46,832 nucleotides of DNA from a virus. Its lineage: Duplodnaviria > Caudoviricetes. Location of the stretch: positions 1 through 46,832 of IMG/VR virus record IMGVR_UViG_3300020045_007640, one strand, 5' to 3'. The position numbers and the translations under genes are program-made. The notes under the pieces were generated by a model, which worked only from the letters and a program-made list of their open reading frames with translations, had not been told where the DNA came from and did not search any database. This document shows, one piece after another, positions 37,152 through 46,540 of the stretch; position 1 is the stretch's first letter, and each line of letters opens with the position of its first letter.

Positions 37152-39662
37152 TTATTGTGATATGTCAAATAAAGTGGGTATATTCATTTTGTAAATTTGC
37201 GATTTTATATAATAAAGCGAATCACTAAAATACTCAGGATTTAATTCTATTGTTATTGCCTTACGACCTAATTTTAAAGCCCTTATTGCTGTTGTACCTA
37301 ATCCTCCAAAAGGATCGCACACTAACTCCCCTGGCATCGAATACCTGTTTACTAATCTGTCAACAATGTCAAACTGCAGAGGGCATATATGTTTTTCTTT
37401 TTTGGCATTTGCCTGATGAGTGTTTAATGTGTTCATTCGATTTACATCACTCCATACATAATCAGAGTTAGAATGTACCGGCAAAGTCATGAAAGTAGAA
37501 CTTAGTTTTTCAAGTTCGTCCATTTCTTCACATATTCTTAAATGTTCTGCAAAGTCGTAAATTTCACCTTTGTTTATTTCTTTCCACTTTGCAACTATTC
37601 TTTTTACTTCATATTTGCGAAGTTCTTCACCTGTCAAATATCTGTCACCCGATGATCTTTGATAAGCGTGTGCATCTAACTGCCAGAGTGCTTTTGTATA
37701 TTCTTTTTTGGTGTGTTCGCACGGATTGTCTGCATAGCTGTTATCTGCTGTTGTAGGGGCCTTTCTAAATAATAAAACATACTCCGGTAACCCTACTCCC
37801 ATTTTAGAGCTGTCTTTACATTGCTCTGACCATCCTAACCTATAAGTTTGATTATTCTCAGCTACAACATCTGTCGTGATGGTAATTTTCCCTAACAGAA
37901 AAAATCCATGTTTTTGAAAGTGTGCAACCGTTTGTCCTGAAAAGTCCGCAATAGTCGTAAAAGATGTACCGTTTTGATATGAATATCTTATACGGTCCTT
38001 AACGTGAATCGCAGCAATACGGCCAGGCATTAGACACCTTAACATATTTGGTGTCAAAAAGTCCATCTGATTAAAAAAGTTATCATTCCCATGATTATGA
38101 CCAAAATCATTATAATTGTCTGAATATTCGTAATGATCACCAAATGGGATTGAAGTTAAATACATGGCCACTGAATTATCTGGCATCTCTTTTGGGTCAT
38201 CGTGAACTATTACGGTATCATTATTGTATGCAGTTACTCCTTCCGGAAATACTACCTTTTTGCTGTTTTTAAATATTTGTCTTTCCATTTGTGATTTGAT
38301 TAATTCTGAATTTAAACCGTTTTCTTTTACTAATTCTATCATTTGTTTATTTAGTTCTAAATGATTTACCCATTTTGATTTTAGTGTTTTTAAAACTTCA
38401 TACTCATTGCCTGTGTAAATTATGTGAACATTTACAACTTTATCTTGCCCGAATCGGTATTCTCGATGTATAGCTTGTATGAAGTCGTTAAACTTATAAT
38501 CTATGCCGGCAAATATCATGTTATTGCAAATTTGCAAATTACACCCCGATCCTGATATTTTAGGTTTTGTAAGTAGGTATTTATGAAGTCCTTCGCTAAA
38601 ATCTATTACCCTTTTTTCTTTGTCTATATTTGGCAAGGATCCGTAAACACTCACAAAATCAGTACCTTTAAAATTGCGCTCTAAAATTGCTCTTTCCGCT
38701 TCTAAATGATGCCAGACTATAAAACTATCATCAGGACATTGTTCTATGATTTCAGAAACTTTATTCATTCTGGCAGGTAAAGAATCTCTTTTTTCTCTAC
38801 TTACTTCCAAAAGGCTTTTAGAATCTTCTTTAAAAAGTATTGGTACGCCCCATTTATCGACAGGTTGATATTTCAAATCATAGGTAATACAATGCTCAAT
38901 TATATTTAACTCTGGCAAATCATAACCTGTTGAATCATATCCCAAGTCTGCAGGTGTATTTATGAAAGCGGCCCAAGTTGATACCCATTTCCAAAACTCC
39001 GCTTTTTTATTTTCGTACAATTTTAAATTACCCGCCTTTTGGCTATCTCTTTGAAAGAACCTTGTTAAAGCGTGACCCCGGCTAATTACTCCAAGATAAT
39101 CAGCATAATTAAGAATCTCAATATAATCATTAGGTGTAGGTGTGGCAGTTGCAACGTACCTAAATTGAATATTTTTAAAATGCTTTAAAACATAATTAGT
39201 CGTTTCCGTTTGCAGGTTTCGCAAAATCGATGCTTCATCAAAACTAACTCCACCAAACCAATCTGCCACAACATCGCCTTTACGGATCCTTTCATAATTA
39301 GTCAGATATATTTGAAGTTTAGGAGTATCAAAATTATCTGTGTCTGTAATGTAGTCAATATCATATCCTGTGTTTAGTTTTCTGTTATCTCTTTTAAACT
39401 CTCCAGCTACACCCAAAGGGCAAACGATTAAAAACGGCTTTCCTGTGATCAGTATAATTTGTTTTGCAATTTCAAGCTGCATAAATGTCTTTCCTAAACC
39501 AAAAGACGCAAATATCGCACGCCTTCCACCTTTCAGACAAAAATGTACAATGTCTTTTTGATGTGGAAATAGCTTTTCTGATAATTCTAAGTTTGAAACG
39601 TCAATTCCAAACTCAGGAGCGATTACAACCTTCGCTTTTAAAAAACTTTGATAATCATTCAT
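37152..39662 (-). CDS. SNF2-like helicase fused to N4/N6 DNA methyltransferase (start likely 39662)
   Basis: GLGKT, DEAS, TATP, YRFGQ; TSIPF catalytic variant, HICPLQ, DPFGGLGTT. Confidence 0.85.
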   Translation of the reverse strand: MNDYQSFLKAKVVIAPEFGIDVSNLELSEKLFPHQKDIVHFCLKGGRRAIFASFGLGKTFMQLEIAKQIILITGKPFLIVCPLGVAGEFKRDNRKLNTGYDIDYITDTDNFDTPKLQIYLTNYERIRKGDVVADWFGGVSFDEASILRNLQTETTNYVLKHFKNIQFRYVATATPTPNDYIEILNYADYLGVISRGHALTRFFQRDSQKAGNLKLYENKKAEFWKWVSTWAAFINTPADLGYDSTGYDLPELNIIEHCITYDLKYQPVDKWGVPILFKEDSKSLLEVSREKRDSLPARMNKVSEIIEQCPDDSFIVWHHLEAERAILERNFKGTDFVSVYGSLPNIDKEKRVIDFSEGLHKYLLTKPKISGSGCNLQICNNMIFAGIDYKFNDFIQAIHREYRFGQDKVVNVHIIYTGNEYEVLKTLKSKWVNHLELNKQMIELVKENGLNSELIKSQMERQIFKNSKKVVFPEGVTAYNNDTVIVHDDPKEMPDNSVAMYLTSIPFGDHYEYSDNYNDFGHNHGNDNFFNQMDFLTPNMLRCLMPGRIAAIHVKDRIRYSYQNGTSFTTIADFSGQTVAHFQKHGFFLLGKITITTDVVAENNQTYRLGWSEQCKDSSKMGVGLPEYVLLFRKAPTTADNSYADNPCEHTKKEYTKALWQLDAHAYQRSSGDRYLTGEELRKYEVKRIVAKWKEINKGEIYDFAEHLRICEEMDELEKLSSTFMTLPVHSNSDYVWSDVNRMNTLNTHQANAKKEKHICPLQFDIVDRLVNRYSMPGELVCDPFGGLGTTAIRALKLGRKAITIELNPEYFSDSLYYIKSQIYKMNIPTLFDISQ

Positions 39663-39673
39663 TTTTTTGTTTT

Positions 39674-39847
39674 TCAATTAAGTAATTCTGTTTTTTCTTC
39701 ACGTATTGGACTCTCGCAACATTGAATAAAACCTGATTTATTTCTATATGTAATTGCTAGCCCTGTACGTTCACCTTCATAAGCATAAACCTTTGCATTT
39801 TCAGGAAACTTATTAAGTTCTTCTTTTAATTCTTTTACCGTTTTCAT
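39674..39847 (-). CDS. Small protein, 57 aa (MKTVKELKEELNKFP...)
   Basis: Manually translated; common phage N-terminal pattern. Confidence 0.6.
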   Translation of the reverse strand: MKTVKELKEELNKFPENAKVYAYEGERTGLAITYRNKSGFIQCCESPIREEKTELLN

Positions 39848-39861
39848 TTTTTTGTTTTAAT

Positions 39862-39968
39862 TGAAAAACCCTTCACAAATCGGATGCGTCTCACTTCATC
39901 TTCAATGCAAAGGGCTTAATCCTTTTTGGTCATTTGAATTGTGAGACGTCGACCATGTGACAAATATA
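39862..39968 (-). promoter_or_regulatory. Promoter TATATTTG plus two-hairpin leader with complementary loops
   Basis: CGTCTCAC in hairpin 1, AA-GTGAGACG loop in terminator-like hairpin 2. Confidence 0.65.
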
Positions 39969-39974
39969 ATACTT

Positions 39975-40262
39975 TTATTTAATAGTTTTAGTTTTTATTG
40001 AATTAATTTTCATTTTTTTATAAATCCTTAATTTCCGGTTTTCACAAACATAATTGATCTGACCGTCTGCTTTGAGTAATCTCATGTACCGGAGAATTGT
40101 GTCAGGAAATATGTACCAAATACTGACAGCCTGTTTTACCATTTCGACCAATGTTTCACTTTTAAATTCATTTGGTAAGCGATGCCAGACGTTTTGTTTT
40201 ATGGCTGCCATTATGATCTCTTTGTTTTTGTGGTCAGGGATTTGGTTCATTGATTCTGTCAT
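39975..40262 (-). CDS. Winged-helix-like small protein
   Basis: PDTILRYMRLLK..GQINY pattern. Confidence 0.55.
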   Translation of the reverse strand: MTESMNQIPDHKNKEIIMAAIKQNVWHRLPNEFKSETLVEMVKQAVSIWYIFPDTILRYMRLLKADGQINYVCENRKLRIYKKMKINSIKTKTIK

Positions 40263-40265
40263 GAC

Positions 40266-40475
40266 TTAATAAAGTTTAAATTCTTTATACTTTTCATAGA
40301 ATGCAATACTTCCAATTTCTTCATATTCTTCCATATATTCGGCAATTTCATCTTTAATCTTTCTGCCTTCATCCCCAGATAATTCGTAGGTGTCATCTCC
40401 GTCTCTCATTTGTTCTTGTGAATAACCTTTGCCTTGGTATTTACTGGCAATCCATAACATTTTTGACTTTTCCAT
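40266..40475 (-). CDS. Hypothetical protein
   Basis: ORF track. Confidence 0.6.
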   Translation of the reverse strand: MEKSKMLWIASKYQGKGYSQEQMRDGDDTYELSGDEGRKIKDEIAEYMEEYEEIGSIAFYEKYKEFKLY

Positions 40476-40495
40476 TTTTTTATTATTTTAATTAT

Positions 40496-40804
40496 TTACA
40501 AATCTACATTCTCCCACTCAGGGCGTAGTTCTTTCATACGGTCTGCTCGAAGTTGAAGATAATGTTTTGCGTCTTCGTATGGTTCAAATATTGGCGTATT
40601 GCATAAATAGAACTTACCTTTAGTAAAAGACCTTATGAATTTACTTGATACAGGTTTATTAAATTTATGGTTTATACACTTACAAATACCGTCATTAACA
40701 TCATTGGCTCTTAAATAGTCACTTCTAATGTCTTTCGGCAAATCCGCAATACACTTTTCATAGTGCAAAATTAAAGCGGTTAGTAAGTCTCCGTATGTTT
40801 TCAT
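40496..40804 (-). CDS. Hypothetical protein
   Basis: ORF track. Confidence 0.6.
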   Translation of the reverse strand: MKTYGDLLTALILHYEKCIADLPKDIRSDYLRANDVNDGICKCINHKFNKPVSSKFIRSFTKGKFYLCNTPIFEPYEDAKHYLQLRADRMKELRPEWENVDL

Positions 40805-40808
40805 GATT

Positions 40809-41105
40809 TTAAAGCGATTTAAGGTAAAGACACATAATTATACCAATAAGAAACAAAACGATCACTACAAGCGCAAAACACATCTGTTTGAAGATAATTA
40901 GCGATATATCTACCTTTGTTTTTTCTGTGTCTAATATTGAGTGCTGATTTTGCCACTTTTTTGAAATTTCCGACAATCTGGCAATTACGACATCTTTATG
41001 ATTTATGTCTTTTTTAAGGTTTGAAATTACGCCAAGTTGTATTTTATGCCGTTCAGTCAGGTTTTTTATTGTTGTGAGCGGATTTGCATTTGTTTCTGTT
41101 TTCAT
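40809..41105 (-). CDS. Coiled-coil protein with C-terminal TM
   Basis: Hydrophobic C-terminus. Confidence 0.6.
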   Translation of the reverse strand: MKTETNANPLTTIKNLTERHKIQLGVISNLKKDINHKDVVIARLSEISKKWQNQHSILDTEKTKVDISLIIFKQMCFALVVIVLFLIGIIMCLYLKSL

Positions 41106-41464
41106 AACGAACTTGTTTTAAATAAACGTCCATCACAATGATGAAGATAAATAATAGTGTCATCTTTTAATCTGTATTCTGACTTAGTTGTAGGCAAAAG
41201 TTCCAGGGTTAAATGTTCAGGTCTGCCTTTTGGGACCGTGCCTGTGCTATTTCTTGACTTTCCAAATGGTATGTAAGTCCGTTTTGATACGTGCCGCCTT
41301 TGAAGTGAAAACTCTACTTTAACGCCTTTCCAAGTGAATGATGTGGAGTTTGCTGCTATTAGGGAATTTAGCTTTCTCATACTAACCCCTAAATGATACC
41401 TTAGTTCTTCTTTGCCTGTGTAGGTTTTTCCATTAACTGTGAATAAGAAAAATTTTCCGCTCAT
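41102..41464 (-). CDS. Hypothetical basic protein, possible HTH
   Basis: ELRYHLGVSMRKLNSLI resembles a helix-turn-helix. Confidence 0.5.
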   Translation of the reverse strand: MSGKFFLFTVNGKTYTGKEELRYHLGVSMRKLNSLIAANSTSFTWKGVKVEFSLQRRHVSKRTYIPFGKSRNSTGTVPKGRPEHLTLELLPTTKSEYRLKDDTIIYLHHCDGRLFKTSSL

Positions 41465-41474
41465 TTTTTTGATT

Positions 41475-41711
41475 TTATTGATTGGGTTTTAAAATATCTG
41501 TTAATTCGGTAAATAAATTGCGCTCTGTTTTTTTATTACACGTGCATTCTGTAAACTTTACATTACTTGCGTCAACCATATCAACCGTACATCCTTGTTT
41601 TACATATTTGGCTAAATCCTTAGTCCAGTCTTTGTCTGTGTAACAATGCGGCTCTTTGCATGCGGCAAATATATTGCCACAACATTTATATTTTATGATC
41701 TGACATTTTAT
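41475..41711 (-). CDS. Cys-rich ~78-aa ORF lacking a canonical start
   Basis: Open frame IKCQIIKYKCCGNIFAACKEPHCYTDKDW... filling the gap. Confidence 0.5.
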   Translation of the reverse strand: MKCQIIKYKCCGNIFAACKEPHCYTDKDWTKDLAKYVKQGCTVDMVDASNVKFTECTCNKKTERNLFTELTDILKPNQ

Positions 41712-41730
41712 CTTTTTGTTTTTATTTGTT

Positions 41731-42018
41731 TTATAATGTTTTTAAGAATTTCAATTTTTCATCTGCATAATTAAACCACCTTTTTGATAATATAAGGCTT
41801 ACTTTTGTCCTACATTTTAAGTCCTGTAATGCTAATTCTTTAGTAGTGTTGGCATACTTCTTTTTATTGTTTTTGCCAATTACCTTTTGTTTCATTCCTA
41901 TTCTTATAATGTAAGATTTTTCTGTTTCTTTTATTGTGTAATGTTCACGATATTTGATGATAAATTGATTTGTATCTTCATCGCCCCAATTTACTATTTC
42001 CGCTCTGTAAAGTATCAT
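41731..42018 (-). CDS. Hypothetical phage protein
   Basis: IKETEKSY and KYANTTKELAL motifs. Confidence 0.65.
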   Translation of the reverse strand: MILYRAEIVNWGDEDTNQFIIKYREHYTIKETEKSYIIRIGMKQKVIGKNNKKKYANTTKELALQDLKCRTKVSLILSKRWFNYADEKLKFLKTL

Positions 42019-42025
42019 AATGTTT

Positions 42026-42769
42026 TTACTTTTTGATTACGTAAAAGTCATTTTTGTGCCTGTAAACACGCCTTATATTTTCAATCCAATTTATATCCTT
42101 AAGTTTCAAATATCGCTCCTTACCTACAAATTGAGAATAAAAAAACTCATCATCATCTAAAAGAACGGCATCCCTTAACATTTCAACACCTATGCCAATA
42201 TAAGGAAAGTTTTTTTCTGTTTCTGATAGTATTTTATCCTGAATTTCTATTTCGGGTAATATCTCATGAAAACAATACCGATCTTCAACCGGAAATGGAT
42301 ATTCGTTCCAATCATCATCCCCCCAAATTTCAGGTTTGGTCAAATAATTAAGCAAATACCCTTTTTCAACTTTTAATGCCATCATTTGGGTTTGCACCTG
42401 AATATGATATTTTGCAGGTAATTTGTCACGTTGCTCAATGTATGTATGAATATAGAATTGACATTTAGCATCCAACACAAAACCATCACCCAGGGCGTCG
42501 GGAGTCGCTCCGCAAAACTCATTTATAGGATAATAAACCTGTTCCCCTGATTCGTTTGTGTTTGGATAAGCGTTTAATTTTTCTTTGGCTATCTGTAGGG
42601 CGTAAAACTCATTATTTATGCCATGCTTCATTGCGGGTGTTGAAATGTCCTTATCTGCTCCGATTGTTTTTAAAGCTAAATCAAAGATATAATTCCATTT
42701 CGTTTTTCCTGTTCCACCAGCTAAAAGTTCCGACATTCTGGACGCTGTAAAACACATCGGTTTGCTCAT
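42026..42769 (-). CDS. YqaJ/lambda-exonuclease family protein
   Basis: FTASR, AMKHG..NE, GATPD, DAKC, YHIQVQTQM. Confidence 0.85.
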   Translation of the reverse strand: MSKPMCFTASRMSELLAGGTGKTKWNYIFDLALKTIGADKDISTPAMKHGINNEFYALQIAKEKLNAYPNTNESGEQVYYPINEFCGATPDALGDGFVLDAKCQFYIHTYIEQRDKLPAKYHIQVQTQMMALKVEKGYLLNYLTKPEIWGDDDWNEYPFPVEDRYCFHEILPEIEIQDKILSETEKNFPYIGIGVEMLRDAVLLDDDEFFYSQFVGKERYLKLKDINWIENIRRVYRHKNDFYVIKK

Positions 42770-43335
42770 TTGATGTTGTTTTGAATCTCTAAACGACGCT
42801 TTGTAAACAACGCTTTACATTCTTTATGTTCGCTATCATCGAGTGAATCCCATAAAACAGTGATTTCATCAATTTCAGTACATAATTTTAATTGATCAGC
42901 GATTTTCAAATATGTTTCTGAAAACTTTTGTACCGGCTTTTCTTTTGGCTGTTCTTTGTGATCGTTTGTATGGTCAGCGTCTTTTGTGTCATCAATAAGG
43001 AAAAGTCCATTTAAGGCGTATTTGCGGGCATATGATGAACTTGCGCCAAAACATTGTGCAATACTCATTCCTTTTTGTGCAATGTCGATTCCTGCCTGTG
43101 CTTTGACTGATATTACGGTTTTATTGTCTGATATTTCGGCTATTGCTTCAATGTAAACTAATGTACCAATTTGTTTTACTTCATCGGTAATGCATAACCT
43201 ACAATTGTGTTTTAAAAGAAGTGGCTTAAGTGCTTCCAAAACATCTTCACACGAACGGTATTTATAGTTCCCGAACTTATTTAACTGATTCTTTGGAGCT
43301 TTAAGTTCTGACTGAATTTTGATTAATGATTCCAT
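42766..43335 (-). CDS. erf: ERF family single-strand annealing protein
   Basis: LKAPKNQLNKFGNYKYRSCEDV, GASSSYARKYALNGLF. Confidence 0.92.
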   Translation of the reverse strand: MESLIKIQSELKAPKNQLNKFGNYKYRSCEDVLEALKPLLLKHNCRLCITDEVKQIGTLVYIEAIAEISDNKTVISVKAQAGIDIAQKGMSIAQCFGASSSYARKYALNGLFLIDDTKDADHTNDHKEQPKEKPVQKFSETYLKIADQLKLCTEIDEITVLWDSLDDSEHKECKALFTKRRLEIQNNIK

Positions 43336-43410
43336 TTTTTTGTTATTTGATGATTAATTAATGTAATAAAGTTAACTATTTTGTTTCAATTCTAATAGTT
43401 TTTATTAAGA
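43336..43410 (-). promoter_or_regulatory. ERF promoter/leader (TAACTTTA variant, TTAATAAAAA upstream, AATCATCAAA leader)
   Basis: Resembles 705-768 and 33407-33472. Confidence 0.5.
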
Positions 43411-43651
43411 AAAGTTTGTAAAATTATACAGTTCAAATAGTGGCAAGAATGATAATTAGGTACACTTCAAACAATACAAGCAACAAGTATGCGCAAAAAC
43501 CTATCCTTTCTTTTCCGCTCACTTTTTAATATTTAATTGAAGTTAATAAAATCATCGCTGTTAAATAGGTCATTCCATGCTGTTTTGAGCATTTTAAAAA
43601 GACCCAAAACGACGCATACCAAAAGAAAAATTAGTAAGAGTGTTTATTAGT

Positions 43652-43867
43652 TCACGCATTTTCTTTGGTTTTTACGGTTTTGAAACTTTCCATTTCGTTT
43701 TCCATTTCAATAATTTCGTGTTGAATTTCCGGAATAACATTTTCTACAATTTCCGCTACTAAATCAGACTTGAGATACTTCTTTCCGTATCGCTTTGATT
43801 TTACGTTACGGTAATTTATTAGAATTTTGTGTGTTTCTTTTGAAACTTCAATTACTACTTTTGGCAT
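43652..43867 (-). CDS. Ribbon-helix-helix-like DNA-binding protein
   Basis: VVIEVSKETHKIL...KSDLVAEIV pattern. Confidence 0.5.
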   Translation of the reverse strand: MPKVVIEVSKETHKILINYRNVKSKRYGKKYLKSDLVAEIVENVIPEIQHEIIEMENEMESFKTVKTKENA

Positions 43868-44472
43868 GGTGTTATTTTTAAGCGATTAATTATTTCTCCA
43901 TTATACTGATTCTCGGTCAGCAAAATAAATTCATTTACCGTGAGTTTGTCTTTTTCAATGTCTATTCCATTTTGTTTGGCAAAGGACATACGCCCTAATT
44001 CACACGATCCGGTAAGTAAATAATGCCATTCATAAAACAACTTTGCAGGATACTTTTTTAGATAGTCTGTAAATTTATTTTTGAACTCTTTTACTTTTTC
44101 TTCAATATTCATATTAGCGAAAACCTTATCGCTTAGTGATTTTAAGGCTTCTTTTAATGATTTTCCGTGCGCAAAATAAGTATCGTTTTTGACAATATAA
44201 CAATCTGTCGTTGTCATGTCTGTGTTTAAAATAAATCCTTTTGCAGTGTTGTTTTTTACGGTATAAATTCCTGTATTGATGCCGTCTATTCTGTAGATTT
44301 TAATATTATTTATTGAATTAATACCGTAACCGGAACCGGAACCGTAACCGGAACCGTAACCGTAACCGGAACCGTAACCGGAACCGGAACCGGAACCGTA
44401 ACCGTAACCGTAACCGTAACCGGAACCGTTATCGGAACTGTAACCGCAGTGCTTATTAGTCATAGGTAGCAA
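43855..44472 (-). CDS. Gly-X repeat phage protein; N-terminus as assembled is probably chimeric
   Basis: GYGSG repeats then FAHGKSLKEA and WHYLLTGSCELGR conserved domain. Confidence 0.75.
   Translation of the reverse strand: MLPMTNKHCGYSSDNGSGYGYGYGYGSGSGSGYGSGYGYGSGYGSGSGYGINSINNIKIYRIDGINTGIYTVKNNTAKGFILNTDMTTTDCYIVKNDTYFAHGKSLKEALKSLSDKVFANMNIEEKVKEFKNKFTDYLKKYPAKLFYEWHYLLTGSCELGRMSFAKQNGIDIEKDKLTVNEFILLTENQYNGEIINRLKITPCQK
44323..44430 (-). repeat. Hexamer tandem array GGT-TAC/GGT-TCC
   Basis: accgta/accgga units. Confidence 0.95.
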
Positions 44473-44690
44473 GCTTTCGGTTTCGTTCGCCCCCCAATGT
44501 AGTTTTTGAGTCCGTCACCTTCACATTCAGCGCCATCATATGAATAACCGTGGCTGTACCCCCAGCCGAAGCCGTCCCCAAATATTCGTTGGTCGCTTGC
44601 GCGTGTAATACCGCACCCGTAGCCTGACCCTTTGATATGCGCATAAGTGAACCATGTCCCATTGCGTCGGTGTTTCATAGTTGGGTGCAC
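44460..44690 (-). CDS. Small protein with degenerate Gly-X repeats
   Basis: GSGYGCG...GDGFGWGYSHGYSYDG. Confidence 0.5.
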   Translation of the reverse strand: MHPTMKHRRNGTWFTYAHIKGSGYGCGITRASDQRIFGDGFGWGYSHGYSYDGAECEGDGLKNYIGGRTKPKACYL

Positions 44691-44841
44691 TTTTTACGGA
44701 GGGTGTGGAACCAGTGGACTACGTTCTGGTACTGCTCTCGATTGTCCCTGATATGTAGACCCCGGTTCCCATTCCAAGCAGGATAAAGTGGGCCGTAGTT
44801 GTTGGAACCGACGCCACGTAGGGCCTTATGCCCGAAGGTAT

Positions 44842-45456
44842 TCATGTCTCCACGTCGGGGACATCCCCCCACATGATCCACTTTCTGGCACCCTCCGCGG
44901 TGGCGCACTCGTCGTTCTTCGGGACAGGGTGCACGTAGACGCGGTGGGTGGATGGGCAGACGACGCGGAGCATGTTCACGAGTAGGGTCGTGTCCACGGC
45001 CTCATAGAGGGCCCCGTGGGGCCCGTCATTGGTGCCGTCGATGCACTGCCCCAGGATGCCCTCCCAGCCGTCCACGGCGTCCAAAAGGCGGGCACGGAGC
45101 ATGGCGTCCCCCACTCGCAGACAAGCCCTACCGGCCGCCGCTCGGGCTTCAGCGCCCTTCGGGTCGTGCCGGTAGAGTTGGGCGATCTCCCCATGCTGAA
45201 GGATTGCCCTGAAGGCGGGATCGTTGATTGTCATGACTGAGTCTTCGAGGATGACTGCGCTCTCGGTCCCCTCGCCATCGTAGACAGTCACGACGTTGGG
45301 TAGGTGTTCAATGTACCCCACCCATTCGTCAGGCCTAGCTAAGTTGGGCACTGCCACCCCCCGGCCATCATGGGTTGACACCATGGTGAACCGGCCTTTG
45401 ATGGTGGGTGTGCCCGCGTTTAGCGCGGCCCGCATTTCAGCGGGTGTCGGTCTCAC
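44842..45456 (-). CDS. DUF6745-like protein
   Basis: MLRVVCPSTHRVYVHPVP...TAEGARKW C-terminal motif. Confidence 0.7.
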   Translation of the reverse strand: MRPTPAEMRAALNAGTPTIKGRFTMVSTHDGRGVAVPNLARPDEWVGYIEHLPNVVTVYDGEGTESAVILEDSVMTINDPAFRAILQHGEIAQLYRHDPKGAEARAAAGRACLRVGDAMLRARLLDAVDGWEGILGQCIDGTNDGPHGALYEAVDTTLLVNMLRVVCPSTHRVYVHPVPKNDECATAEGARKWIMWGDVPDVET

Positions 45457-45812
45457 AGTTCTGCTTCCTTCGCCAGACGTTGCACGTCCGCATTGTCCAA
45501 GACGCTGGACTCAGCGACGCACAACATGACGATGTTGGGGATGGGGGCGATGCTCGCCGCCACTTCATGCCATGAGGGCTTGGCCTTGGTGATGGCGAGT
45601 TGCGCGAGCCCCCGTTCCGTACCCCACACTGCCACACCAGGGCCGACCACGAGGTAGTTGCCGTTCTGGCGAATCCATGTGGGGCCAGCACGAGTCCAGC
45701 CCTCCGAACCGCACACAAGGCAGACGCCGATGTACTCCCAGTTCTTGCGATCCGATGCCAAACGACCGAGAAGCGTTTCCAACGACACGTTTTTTGAGGT
45801 TGTTGTAGTCAT
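45453..45812 (-). CDS. Hypothetical protein
   Basis: Coupled ORF; VWGTERGLAQLA motif. Confidence 0.6.
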   Translation of the reverse strand: MTTTTSKNVSLETLLGRLASDRKNWEYIGVCLVCGSEGWTRAGPTWIRQNGNYLVVGPGVAVWGTERGLAQLAITKAKPSWHEVAASIAPIPNIVMLCVAESSVLDNADVQRLAKEAEL

Positions 45813-45814
45813 AG

Positions 45815-45861
45815 GCCCGCCCGGGGGAGTTGAACCCCCGCTACAGTCACCGGATGCGAGC
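45815..45861 (-). ncRNA. tRNA-like mini element (acceptor-like stem plus T-arm, no anticodon arm)
   Basis: GCTCGC/GCGGGC stem enclosing GGGGG-TTCAACT-CCCCC. Confidence 0.5.
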
Positions 45862-45869
45862 AGTCGGTC

Positions 45870-46259
45870 CTAGTCTTTCACGTCTTCGGGCAACATGGTG
45901 TCGGGATTCATCTCTCGGCTAACGCGATGCTCCCAGCACCCGGCGTGAAACAGGATCGCGCCGTGCCTTTCCTTTGGGGAGTCCGTGTGAATCAACACCG
46001 CACCCTCGGGTCCAATGTGGACGAGGTTAGTACCGGCTTCGGCAACGAAGTGCCCAAGCAGGACGTGCCCCCCATGCTGACCCTCAGCGATAACAGCGGC
46101 CGAGGGGATGGTGTCCGACTTCAGTTTGGCCGGACCCCGGAACCAAACGTTCACGTCCCCCTGGCGGCCTCGCTTATCGGCCACTTTGATTTCGTTCTCG
46201 GGTGTCTCCGTTCGGTGAATCTGTTTCGCTTTTGTGATTAAACTTTCGAAGTGCTGCAT
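45870..46259 (-). CDS. RQGDV-motif phage protein usually found near DUF6745 genes
   Basis: RQGDV, IAEGQHGGH, H..I...GCW...RE motifs. Confidence 0.7.
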   Translation of the reverse strand: MQHFESLITKAKQIHRTETPENEIKVADKRGRQGDVNVWFRGPAKLKSDTIPSAAVIAEGQHGGHVLLGHFVAEAGTNLVHIGPEGAVLIHTDSPKERHGAILFHAGCWEHRVSREMNPDTMLPEDVKD

Positions 46260-46261
46260 AG

Positions 46262-46540
46262 TTACTTCTCCGTTTGCTCCGTTTTGGGTTGATTAAGGTA
46301 AGCGAGTATTTTATCGCACAAAGTTTGAACGTTGTAAACTGGATCGTTACTCCTGTCAAGATAAAGTTCTAAAAGGATTTTGTCTAAGGTCGGTACTGCT
46401 TCACGGAAGTCGTCAAGCAATGCCCCCGTCGTAGTGTACAGCTGGATCGAGAGGTCGGCCACATACCGACAGAAGCGGGCGTTCCCCTCTTTACTGTCCA
46501 GTATAGTCGGTGTCGTCATCGGTGTCTCCGTCCGTATCAT
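46262..46540 (-). CDS. Hypothetical protein
   Basis: ORF track. Confidence 0.5.
   Translation of the reverse strand: MIRTETPMTTPTILDSKEGNARFCRYVADLSIQLYTTTGALLDDFREAVPTLDKILLELYLDRSNDPVYNVQTLCDKILAYLNQPKTEQTEK

Noticed and set aside
44323-44430. Gly-X hexamer arrays as a CRISPR array or DGR template/variable repeat
   Set aside because: No spacers, cas genes or reverse transcriptase; they are in-frame coding repeats
78-44430. Integrated prophage or stop-codon reassignment
   Set aside because: No integrase, att sites or host genes seen; genes are full length in the standard code and use all three stops
45812-45870. Complete tRNA gene
   Set aside because: Too short; no D-arm or anticodon arm
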